A stretch of 64,000 bases of DNA from Cyanophora paradoxa CCMP329. Its lineage: Eukaryota; Plantae; Glaucophyta. The stretch spans positions 124,001 to 188,000 of the forward strand of contig QPMI01000003.1 in assembly GCA_004431415.1 (NCBI GenBank), written 5' to 3'. The notes below the pieces were generated by a model that was given only the letters and a program-made list of their open reading frames with translations, searched no databases and was not told the DNA's origin. Positions within the stretch are counted from its first letter, which is position 1; every line of letters begins with the position of its first letter. Positions 47,316-57,519 of the stretch are shown here, piece by piece. The position numbers and the translations under genes were made by a program.

Positions 47316-50300
47316 AATTCAATGAATTCGCACACACCGAGACAATACGGCTAATGATAGAACTGAGGTGTCCGTAAAGTGTCAAGTCGAAAGATGAGCC
47401 TACTGGTTACGCCGGGTAGGGAACCTAACAGCCATCGGACAGGGTGGAGCTAGTCAAGGAGACGTAAACTAAAGCAAAGCTAACCCAGAGCAGAGAGCTA
47501 CTACCTATACATCTAGCCTAGCTTAGGACTAGGCTACAGAGAGGACTACCCAGGGGTCTACGAGTGCTGCCTGCTAGTGCTGCCTGCCTAGGGACCGTCG
47601 GGACGTCCGGAGCTCGCGGGCTGTTCTACTGTACGGTAGGAAAGCCAGGACGGACCCGCGGTCTAATCTGCCTACTCTCGACGCGGCCGCGACTACAGTT
47701 AGCGCGGCGGGCTCCGCGTCGAGGGGCCGCTCGCCCGAAGCGCGGGTGGAAGCACGTCGGCGTAGAGGGGCCGAGGGGAATGAGGCGAGGGGGACGTTGC
47801 GGGGAAGAAGTGGGGCGGGACGGAGAAGGTCGGCGCCGGCCGTGGCGGGGAGGGGAGGGTCGGATTTCTCGGTCAGCAGGGCTTCCAGCCTCGAACCAGC
47901 CGCCGCACCCCCGCCGCGGGCAATTGCGAGCCCCCTCCGCGGCGGTCCTTCAACCCACGGTCCTGGCACGATGGCCGGGGTATCTGGTGGGTGCAACGAC
48001 CAGCCGAAGCCTTCCGCCAAGCCTTCCGGTCCATCGTTCCCTCCCTGTCGAGGCGCGAGGAGCGTTGGCGAGGTCGTGAGTGGGAGGCAGGGCCAAGAGA
48101 GCGAGCAGGAGGGCAGAACGGGAGAGGGAGGCAAGGCAGGCGCTCGCTTGGGCGGGGCCCAGCGAGTCGGACGGGGCGGCTATATCTAGTGTGTGCGAGG
48201 CTAAGAGTAGAGCAGGGAAGTTTCTCGAGGACTAGGTATGGTGAAGTAGTAGGTAGGTGGTGTCGAGAGTCTCCTCCCGACGTAGCCCCCCCCCCCCCCC
48301 CCCCCCCTTTCGCGCGACTCGGGGTACCGTTTAGAGCGGGCTAGGATGTGGCTCCCAAGGGCGTACCTTGACGCAATCGTAGAGCTCTTGGGCGCGGAGC
48401 GCCGCCTTCCAGCCCGCGTACTCCGGTGGGCAGTCTGCGTTCCGAGCGGCGTTGAGTAGATTGTGAAGGCGAATCGGCCCGTCGCAGGCGGCGCAGACTT
48501 CCTTACAGGTCCGGGGCCGCGGGCCCGCTCTCGGGCGCGGGCGCCCGTGCGGGGCGGGCGCGGTCGCTTCTTTGAGGCCTGGAGACGCGGCAGTCGCGTT
48601 CCCACTCCGCGTTGATTTCGCAGCGACGTGACCAGAGGCGTCGGGCCCGCTCCAGAAGCGTCTGCCGAACGCGTTTAGCTGCGCGTGCCGCGTACCGGGG
48701 TGCAAGGTTCAGGCAGCGTGCGAGGGCGCTTTCTAGACTCTGCGGAGCAAGGCCCTGGAGCACCCAGAGGCGCGGGTACGCGTACGGCCTACCATCGTAG
48801 CTGCGCGCCTCGGCGTCGTCGTCCGCGACGCGGAGGAAGATTGGGACCAGGTCGGGGCAAGGAGGGCTCCTGCTGGCGGCGCTGTGAGTCCGTGGGCCTC
48901 TCTGTATGCGCAGAGCAGAAGTCGGTTCAGTTCGCGAGCAGTCTCCGCGCGGTGCGCGACCGCATGCGGACCCGGGCACAGGAAGACGTGCGGGAAAGTT
49001 TCAGTCGGGCCTGCGGTAAGAGCCGTCGGTGCCCGGTTCGGGCGGCTGGGGCCCGCTGCTGGTTGGGCATGCGAGGCCTCTGGTGCAGTCTGGCTGTTCT
49101 GTGAGGCTGTCGGGCCGCTAGTCTCTGCACGAGGGAAAGGCGTTCTGGTGGCGCAGCCCGCACAGCGTCCCCCAGGGTTGCAGGCGGCGTAGAGTTCCTT
49201 CTGGTCACGTACCCGGACTTCGTTCGCTGGTAGCGAGCTACAGAGCAGCTGCGTCCGAAACTTGAATAGCGCGTTGCGGGCTCCATTGGCGCCTTGGAAT
49301 CGGGAGCCTACGCTCGTTTCCGCATATAGCCCTGCTATGTCTGCGCCGTCGGCGCCTCGGCGCAGGAGCGCGCCAGCCAGCGGTTGTTGGGTCCAGGCAA
49401 AGTGCGTCTGGTGCTCGTGAAGTGCGTCCATGTGTGCCTTGGGGTCCCCTTCCACCCGTCGTGTGCGCCCGTCGGGGTCGCTGATGGTGAGCACCGCAGG
49501 CATGCTGAAGGCCGGCGGCAGAAAGAGAGGTTCATGCCGGTTTTCGTCCGCCAGATCCAGGTCGGCCGCCACGTTCGCTCCGGCGTCCGCGATGTCGTTG
49601 TGGGGTCGCGGGCGTCGCCCTTCGCGTGCGCTTTGACTTTGACGAGTTTGAGCGGCCGCCCGCGCTCCTCTAGCATTGTCCTGAGCTTGCTCCATGCGTA
49701 CAGTTCCGCGGAGCAGGCGTGCCGGATGTATTCCCGCGGGCTGCGGCAGCTCGCGTGCTGGACGAAATCGGAGTACCAGCGGATCGCGTTCATGTTGTCG
49801 ACGTGTAGAACCGCTCCGAAAGGCGAGAGCAGGTCAGCCATGAGCACCGCCTGGAGTTCCGCCTTGTTGATCTCCTGCAGGCCCCGGAGCCGGGCAAAGA
49901 AGTCCGTGAGGATACCCGGCGGGTGCAGGCTTGCGCCAGTTCTGAGGTCCGTTTCCGGCCAGTGTACTGCGTAGCCCGCGCGAGCGTTAACCGTCTGGCC
50001 CTCTTTCAGGCTCCCGTCCGTCCAGGCGTACGCTGGGGCGTCGGCCACGTATGAGCCGCCGGACGCCGCCTCGGCCTCCAGGTGCTCTTTGCGGTAGCGG
50101 GCTTCGAGGCCCTTCCAGGTCTCCAGGTATGCAACCCAACTGTACGGATCGGCCTGATAGTAATATAGCTCGCGCGCCTCCTTGTTGGAGCTGACCGGGG
50201 GCGCTTCATCTTGCGGCAGGGGGGGCAAGTCGGGCGGGTTCGCCTCGAGCGTGGCGAGGTGAGCGGCGTCGGGCTCGGAGAGGAGGTGCCAGTTGACCCT

Positions 50301-53300
50301 CTCATCGCCCTCCTGCTTTGCCTGCAGCAGCATCCGCCATCGGTGCGCAGTGATGGTCGCGGCCGCCTGCCTGAAGGGCTTGAAGTATTCAAGACGGGCT
50401 TGGCGCAGGACCTGGCGACTGGCGCGCCCCGAGCGCGTCTGTACCTGCCCCTCGCATTCTTCCACGGGGGCGCCCGACACTTCTACTAGCTCCACCGTGC
50501 CGGGGATCGTGCAGAGTGCGGACGCGTGCTCTACCCATCCTCCCACCGCCGTCCCGTACTTGCCCTCGTCATCGCAGGTGCTCGTCGCCCGGCAGGCCGC
50601 GCCGGCGCCTTGAGGGCAGACGTGGTTGTCGTGCCAGTGGCGGCGGCCCTCTCCCGGTACGATATTAAAGCGGCGCGCAGCTGGGGCGGGCGGCCCTTCG
50701 CGGGGTCCGAGCTGACAGTGGCCATCGCAGCGGCAGTAGGCTCCGTTGGCCTCGTCGTCGGCCTCTTCTGGGACGGGGACCCAGTGCTCCAGCCGGCACT
50801 CCGTCGCTACTAGGCTGCCGGCCTCGGCCTCAGCGGAGCGGACCCGGCCGATTTCCGGTACCGCATCCGTCTCGTGAATCGTTGCGAGGTCGTAGTAGCA
50901 GACGAAGTCTCCCGGTTGGTGAATTAACTTCCTTGCCCCGCCCGGAAGCTGTACCATGGCCGAGGAAGGGGTACCGGGCGGTTGCCGCATGGGTATCGGA
51001 GGGCGCCCGAACCGCGCCCGTCGATCGTGAGGGCCTTGGCCACCGCCTTCCACCAGGCGGGCGCTGCCCAAGGGAGCGTGCCGCGGGGGGCGCGGAGGTG
51101 CAGGTCTCGCCAGGTGCAGAGGCGTTCCCCATCGCGCGCCGTGACGTCGGACATCCAGTAGAGCCGTGCGCGGTGGAGGGCGGGCGCAGCCGTGCTGAAC
51201 ACTTCCCGGGGAATGTGTGAGGTAAGCACGAATTCCCGGCGCAGTTCCGCGGGGTCGGGCCAAGTGGCTGCGGGGGGTACGGCGTGAACAAGAAGCGGGC
51301 GTGGTTGGACTGGATCCGGTAGAGCCGGCGCTGCAGGAGCGGCATCACTGCGGCGATCGCATTCGATCGAGCAAGCTGGCGTGACACTGGGGCGTTCAGG
51401 AACTCGGTCGGCAGCAGCGGGACGCCTAGCTTGCGCTGGAGGTCCCGGATGCGGTGCATCATCACCTGAGATAGCAGCTCTTCCGGCTCGCCACAGAGGC
51501 GGACGAGCAGATCCGTGATTTGGTTCTTGGCCATCATGTGCGCTGTGCGCGGCAGGCTGTACGTGCCGTGGCTCCAGAGCGCGTAGTTGGAAGTCGATGC
51601 CGCCAGGCCCCCATGGTGCTTAACCACGCGCATCCAGATGGCATCTAGGCGATCGCACTGCCTCTCTGTGAGCGGCGTCACTTTGAGCCCGTAGGCGATC
51701 CGCGCCTGCACGACGGCCTCGACAACGTAGCAGGCCTCTTGCGCGGTCAGCTGCTTACGAGCTATGACCGCCACCGTCTCGCGAGCCTGCGTTTCCATCT
51801 GTCTGATCTGCTCCTTCCACGACAGGTTCGCGGTCAGGTAGACGCCGAGCAGCTTGAAATGCTCGCCCGGTTTCAGCTTCTTGCCGACCGGGACGCGGGG
51901 ATTGCCGAGCAGCGGGGGTTCAGGCTCGGGTGAGACGTTGTTGTACGCAAACTCTGTTTTCCGCGCGTTGACGGCGATGTCGTGCAGGCGGAAGAATTCA
52001 GACGCCACGTCCGCGAGCATCTGGATCCCTTCGGCCGATCCGCTCATCCACTGCGTGTCGTCCGCGTAGGCGCTCCCGGTCACCCGTGCGGGGGCGAAGT
52101 CCGCGTCGTCTTCGCCCATGCCCATGACGTACGCGACCCCCGCGCCCCCTTTTCCTGCTCGAGCCTGTCCAATTCTTGTTGAGCGCAGAGCAAGGCATCG
52201 TAGAAGATGAGCCAGTGGAGCGGGGATTCGATGCCGCCCTGCGGGAGCCCACATTCGAGTTCAAACACGTCTGACAGTCCGTGGCCCGTGATAGCTCGCG
52301 CCCGGCGTCGTTCGAATATGTTGCGGTGCAGGTCGATGTACGTCTCGGGGCCCCGATGCGTCGGAGGGAGAGCTCCATGCTGGCCCAGGAAACTGAATCG
52401 TACGCCCGTCTGATATCCTGTAGCAAGAGGTAGATGGGCTTGCGGTGCTCCTTAGCGTCCTCTAGAATAGCGACCATTAGGTGAAGGGCATCATCGGTCG
52501 CCTTAGCCTTCCTGAAGCCATAATTTACCCCCTTAAGGATTCCGTGCTTCTCGATGGCCTCGGCTAGCCGTTTCGTGACGAGGCCCGTCGTTAGCTTGAG
52601 GCCAACTTCCTGCAGCGTGATCGGGCGGAGGTTCCCTTCAATGTCTCCGTCCCAGCTCCCGTTCTTGGGGATCCCGAAGATATTGCTCTCACACATCTCG
52701 GCGGGCAGGTCGCGCAGGCGGAGGGCCTCGCAGACGATGGCCATCAGGAGCCGACGACCGCGGGGGGGGTACGCCTCTGGATCCATGGCGTCCGGCAGGT
52801 CGGGGTTCCAGAGCGTCTTCAGGATCGCGTTCGTGCAGTTGGAGGGCCCTCCCGCTCCATCCGTGAGCGAGCGCACGTGTGCCCCTAGCTCTTCGTACGT
52901 AGGCTCAGCCATGACTCCCGCGAAGGCTTCCGCGGTCGCCACGTGCGTCCCGAGGGGGCGGTAGAGCGCGCGCCAGAAGTCGGGGGGCAGGAAGGCTAGC
53001 TGGGAGTCGGGTATTAAGTCCGCTGTGCACCCTACCAGGGGGTTTCTCTTCGCACACCACTGACGCCAGTGCTCCGCCATCACTGCCTTCACCTCCTCGG
53101 GGGCCGTGTAAATTTCATAGAAGTTGCCTTCGCGCGCGAGGCGGGTGACGTGCATGATCGGCTCCCCCCTGGACCGCTCCAGAATGGAGTCTAGATAGCT
53201 GCGCAGCTTGCGCGGGTCTGCAAACCGGGCCTGGCGCGCAGTAACGAATTCCTGGATCTGTCGCTGCTTCTCTGCGCGCGTCTCGTGTTGGTGGCGCCGG

Positions 53301-55594
53301 CGGACGCGGTTGCGCCATGCGTTCAGCGACCGGAAGTACAGCCGCCACGCTACGTAGCGCCCCGGGAACGGCGCCTCGTCGTCAGCGTCGCGTACGGGGC
53401 GGCGGGGCATGGGTTCGGGTCCGGGGACGAGCCCTTTGATGAGAGCCTCCAGTTTCTCGATCCGGGCGACCAGCGGGGCCGACGGCAAGCCTCCGGGCGC
53501 TTCAACAGTCCATCCAGCGATCAGGCGCTCCACTTTCTTGGACATGACCAGCTGCCACGGCACCGCTCTGCGAGTGGGCGGGCGCGATCCGCGGGCTTTC
53601 AAGCATTTGTGTTCCTTAGCGAGTGTCAGCACCGCCTCCGTGGCCTGTCGGTAGAGAGAGCTGACCCGGTCCCTGCGCTCTTGTTCCGTGCCCGCCGCGC
53701 CTAGCGCTTTCTCAAGATCGCTTTCCAGGGCTTGCAGACGGTCTTCTACAGCCTTTCGGAAGGCCGGCAGCTTCTCCTTCTCAAGTAGGTGCGGTGCGAA
53801 GAGCGGCGGCGGGTGCGCCGGGCGGGCATCGCCCGCGGGCGGTCTGGCGAGTTCGGCTTTGAGCAGATCGTAGTCGGCCATGACCGGGAAGTGGTCAGAG
53901 GGGTGCGGTAGCGCCACCTCTGGCGGCAGCGGGTGCACCGCCAGGAGCGCTGGCGCGAGACCTGCAGAGTGCAACACCGCATCGATACGTCCTGCCGAGA
54001 TGACCGCGGCGCCTTCGGCGACGGCGGGCCCGTCCATTTGCTGGTCCTGTTCCGAGTCCGAGTCGTCGGCGCCGTCGTCCCCGCCATCCTCTTCGGCGCC
54101 GTGCTGGCTCGGGCCGCGCCTGATGAAGGTAACTTCGTGTTCGTGGCCTTTCTGTGTCGCCGCGTCAACTAGTGCCCAGGTGCCGGTCAGTTTTCCCCAC
54201 CACTCGCGTTCCGGCGTCCAGGACTGGACGAACCGTCCCGCGCGGATGCGGGACGTGGCCGGCGTCTTCACGGAGTTCCAGTCGCCGAGAAGGATGAGGT
54301 GCGCGGTCGAGCGCGATCGGAAGTCCGCGTAGATGCGCTCGATGCATTCGAGGAGCGCCGCCTGATCGGTCTTGTGCTCAGGCTTCCGCTGGGTGGCCGG
54401 CATGTATACGCTCACTACGAAGAGCTGGCGGTTTCCCTTAAAGCGCATTTCACAGCCGGCAAGCCGGCCCGGGTAGTGATAGTGGCGCGCGATGTGCCGC
54501 GCCCAGGGCGCCGCCACCCATAGCGCCGCTCCGTTTCCTTTCGGTTTTGTTTTCTTAATTGAGTGGATTAGGCGACCCCGCGTGATCGAGCTCTTGGGGG
54601 CTCGCCGGGCTCCGCTGCCGGGGTGAAGAGCGCCGAGTGCAGTTCGGCGCGCGTGACTGAGAGCTCTTGGAGAGCCATCACGTCGACCCCCATTTCACGG
54701 CGAAGTCTTCGGCCTGCTGAAGCCGGCCCTCGGACGTGCCCCGCACGTTAAAGGTCATCATCCTGAGATTCCCCTCCGGCTTGTGGCGCATGAGCGATGG
54801 GGGCGGGCCTATGAGGGGGCTCCCTGAGGCGTAATGGGTGGTTGGGAAAAGGTCGCCAAACGAGATATGCCCCGGAGCGTTAGTGTTGACGTCTACAGCG
54901 GCAGACACGTTAGGGGGGTCGGACAGCGTCTAGGGTTGGAGGATGTCTGTGCTCGGCGGGACGCGCGCAGCGGTCCGACTGATCAGCTAGTTGGTCACAT
55001 CTGGCTGCCCAGAGATGCGCGTGCACGTGGTTCCAGGCGTGCGTGTGCCTAGCCGCCCCGGACCCGTCGCCTGTGCGCCGCATCGTCCAAGTCTCAAAAG
55101 TCTGCGGTCGGGAAGCCGTCAAATTACAGCTGACACGTACAGTAGCGGCCTCGCAGGAAAGGGGCGCTAAATGCGCGTCTGGGCGGGAAATGGGCGATGC
55201 GGCTTGCCCAGCCTCAGCGACTTGGCGCTTGGGGAGGAGGAGGAGGCGGGTCTGAGAGCGGGTCGGTAGAGAGCGGGTCGGCAGCGGGTGTATGGCGAGG
55301 CGTGGCCAGGGAGGCCAGACGTAGCTCGGCAAGGAGATTGATTCAAGAGGGCGGTCCAGGGTGTGCGTGAGACGCGGTAACTGCTTGCAGTTACATCACC
55401 CAGGGACTCCCGGGCGATGTTGCCGCGTTGGCGGGGCGGTTTGGAGAGAGTGGCCGGCATACCTACGCAGACATCGCGGCGGACGCTACCTAGGCTGTCG
55501 CGGCCTCTACTCTCGCACTGGTGATCGCGCACGCAGCGCTACGCTGCGAGCTAGGCGGGTTGGCAGGCGCCTTCCTGTTTTTTTCCCACGGGGG
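47316..55594 (-). mobile_element. Non-LTR retrotransposon (LINE), ~8.3 kb, ORF2 = APE endonuclease-RT-RNase H-CCHC; apparently 5'-truncated (ORF1 absent)
   Basis: APE: MMTFNVRG, DVMALQE, VVSVYMP, LILLGDWNS, GRIDAVL, SDHFPV. RT: LRPITLQE, NYGFRKAKAT, LLQDIRRAYDSVSW, GLPQGGIESP, SAYADDT, FKLLGVYL. RNase H: WTDGS, KAELQAV, HVDN, VKVKAH, HNDIADA. C-terminal CAGC..ETFPHVFLC. Bounded by a perfect 14-bp TSD. Confidence 0.95.
48331..54791 (-). CDS. LINE ORF2 polyprotein (several apparent 1-nt frameshifts in C/G homopolymers)
   Basis: Pieces in ORFs 54678..54908, 51998..54517, 52080..52268, 50830..52254, 50924..51229, 49335..51263, 48733..49695, 48503..48979 and 48331..48705 are collinear. Confidence 0.85.
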
Positions 55595-55608
55595 TCGCAA
55601 TCAACTTC
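55595..55608 (+). repeat. Right copy of 14-bp target-site duplication TCGCAATCAACTTC
   Basis: Matches 47302-47315 exactly. Confidence 0.95.
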
Positions 55609-56987
55609 GGCTTTCATCGATTACATCAGCCGAAGCGGATCATGTCTTCTGCGCTAAACTACCTCGAGGCTGAATTGGAAGGAGCTCGAGAGGAAGCCGC
55701 CCACGCTGTAGATCCGCCGTCGGCAGGCTGGGCGGAAGTCTCGGACAAATTGAACCTCATCCTCCCGAAGAGCCTCGAGAGCGACAAGCGTATGCCCCTC
55801 TTCAAGCGGATTCTCTTCGAGCGCAGGTGGCCACCGAAAGACGATCCGCTAACTGCGATTGGTAAGCATTTAGCTCATGCCCGCGCACACTCGATTGTGA
55901 GAAGACTCCGACGGCATGCGCAGGTCGTTTAAATACGGAGCTGGGGGAGAATGACACGTCGAACGAGCAAGACAGCATTTCCGAGCCCAGCGCGCGAGAA
56001 AAGCGACAGCGGATCCAGAGCCCGAGATCGTCAGCCGACGACGTCGACGTCAACGTCAACGTCGAAGTAGAAGTGGTTCGTCTGCGTTTGTCATGCTTCC
56101 GATTAATTGCTCAGCGGCTGGCTGAAATCCAACGATCTCTGTGTAGATGGGATTGGCTGGCTGTCGAGCAGATGTCGATGAAGTGGAAGATACATCTGAT
56201 TATGATCCAGATCCGGAGTCTAGATCTGCTGATCATGAAGACCTTCGTGATCATGAGGAAAGCGCGCGGAAGAAGCAACAACAGAGCAAGCTTAAGAGCC
56301 CAGGTCATGATCAACTTGAAGATCTAGATCTAGAAGTGGTTCGTTTGCAACTGCGTTTGTCATGCGTCGGACTTGAAATTGCTTGCTGAAATCGCTGCGT
56401 AGCCGGGTGCTGGATGCGAGCGGAAAGGAAGAGGGGAGAAGTGGCAGCGCTGGGTTCTACTGTCGTGCGGAGGAAACTGCTTCTACTGCAAGGACCCTCG
56501 CATAACCAGCAATCTGCCTGAGCTCCTCAGCGAGTGGGAGATCGATCACTTGGAGCCAAGATCGGAGGGGGGCAAGAGCGCGCTGCAGAACCTTGTCGCT
56601 GCTTGCAAGAATTGCAATTTGTGCATTCAATTTAATATTTCAGAATTTTCTTTGATCATGAAGCGAGTGCGGAACTGAGTGCAGAGCAGACGGAAGAGCG
56701 ACCTCTCGCATCGCGCATTCATCAAGCGATTCAAGGGCGAGAACTCCGGAAGTGGCATCGTGGCGGACTACGTCCGCTGCCACGCCCTTCGCAAGAACGG
56801 CCTGCGCTGCGAGCTCCCCGTGGAAGCAGGCGCCGAAAAGTACTGCGGGTGCGTGTCTTGATCTCTAAGCATCCATTTGCATGGAAAATGTGAGTTCGAA
56901 AAGTGATCGGCTCTGTGCAGTGATCACAGGGGCTTCGTTTGGCCGACAGATGACGAGCTATTTGGGCAAATATATATGATTTTGTGA
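55609..56987 (+). pseudogene. 3' part of the LINE-disrupted gene: acidic linker + HNH (McrA-like) endonuclease + C3H zinc finger
   Basis: Reading resumes in frame after the TSD (LAINF|GFHRLHQPKRIMSSALNYL). Exons 56403-56620 and 56690-56848 give GGNCFYCKDP..WEIDHLEPRSEGGKSALQNLVAACKNCN|LRKSD, then RCHALRKNGLRCELPVEAGAEKYCG|DH. Stop 56985-56987. Confidence 0.82.
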
Positions 56988-57519
56988 GATATTACGTATT
57001 TTTGTGTCGCGGTGTTTTGCGTTCTGTGTATTGTGTCGGGTCTTAATCAAGACGTTTTGTTATGGTACTGTACATGTGACGGGCCAGTCTTATAATATTG
57101 AGCCTTTATCTTAGATCTTTTAAATCCCTTAGATCTCCTACGATTTAGGTGAGATCTCCCTCGTGTGCCCTTCGAACTCGTATGATGGAGCGGAGACGTC
57201 GACGTCTTCTAGATCTGAAAGAGAAAGATCGCGATCGCGATCCTCTCGTCAAGCCGTCACCAAGACGGGAAATTCGAATTCACAGAAGAATTCGAATTCG
57301 AACCGGCATTGAACAAGAATCATCGAAATTTAAATCTCTCTCGAGCTGTCTACTAGGGGCCAGTCTAGGGCGCTGCTGCTAGGCGGGGCGGTGCGGGCTT
57401 GCTAATTGGAAACTGAACAAGAACATGATTCATCGATATCATTGAGCAAGCAATCCTGATAATCTCCTGATAATGAAATTCAAAGGAACATGACTCATCA
57501 TTAGTCTAAAAGTAGCTGC

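Noticed and set aside
46242-47354. ORF 46242..47354 as a stand-alone 370-aa LRR gene
   Set aside because: It is an internal exon region; its last 12 codons and stop come from the LINE 3' end.
47316-47560. Possible hammerhead or other ribozyme at the LINE 3' end (GAAA/GATGAG words)
   Set aside because: The CTGATGA...GAAA core order and stems could not be assembled on either strand; an Infernal/Rfam scan would be needed.
54910-55594. LINE ORF1 (gag-like)
   Set aside because: Only a short open stretch (PRGKKNRK...ATA*) at the extreme 5' end and no zinc knuckle or RRM; best explained by 5' truncation.
55642-55932. ORF 55642..55932 as an independent small gene
   Set aside because: In frame with the exon interrupted at the TSD, so it is a continuation of the kinase-LRR gene.
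57000-57519. GAATTCGAATTC and CCTGATAAT short repeats; ORF 57149..57382
   Set aside because: Low-complexity sequence between convergent genes; no supportable function.
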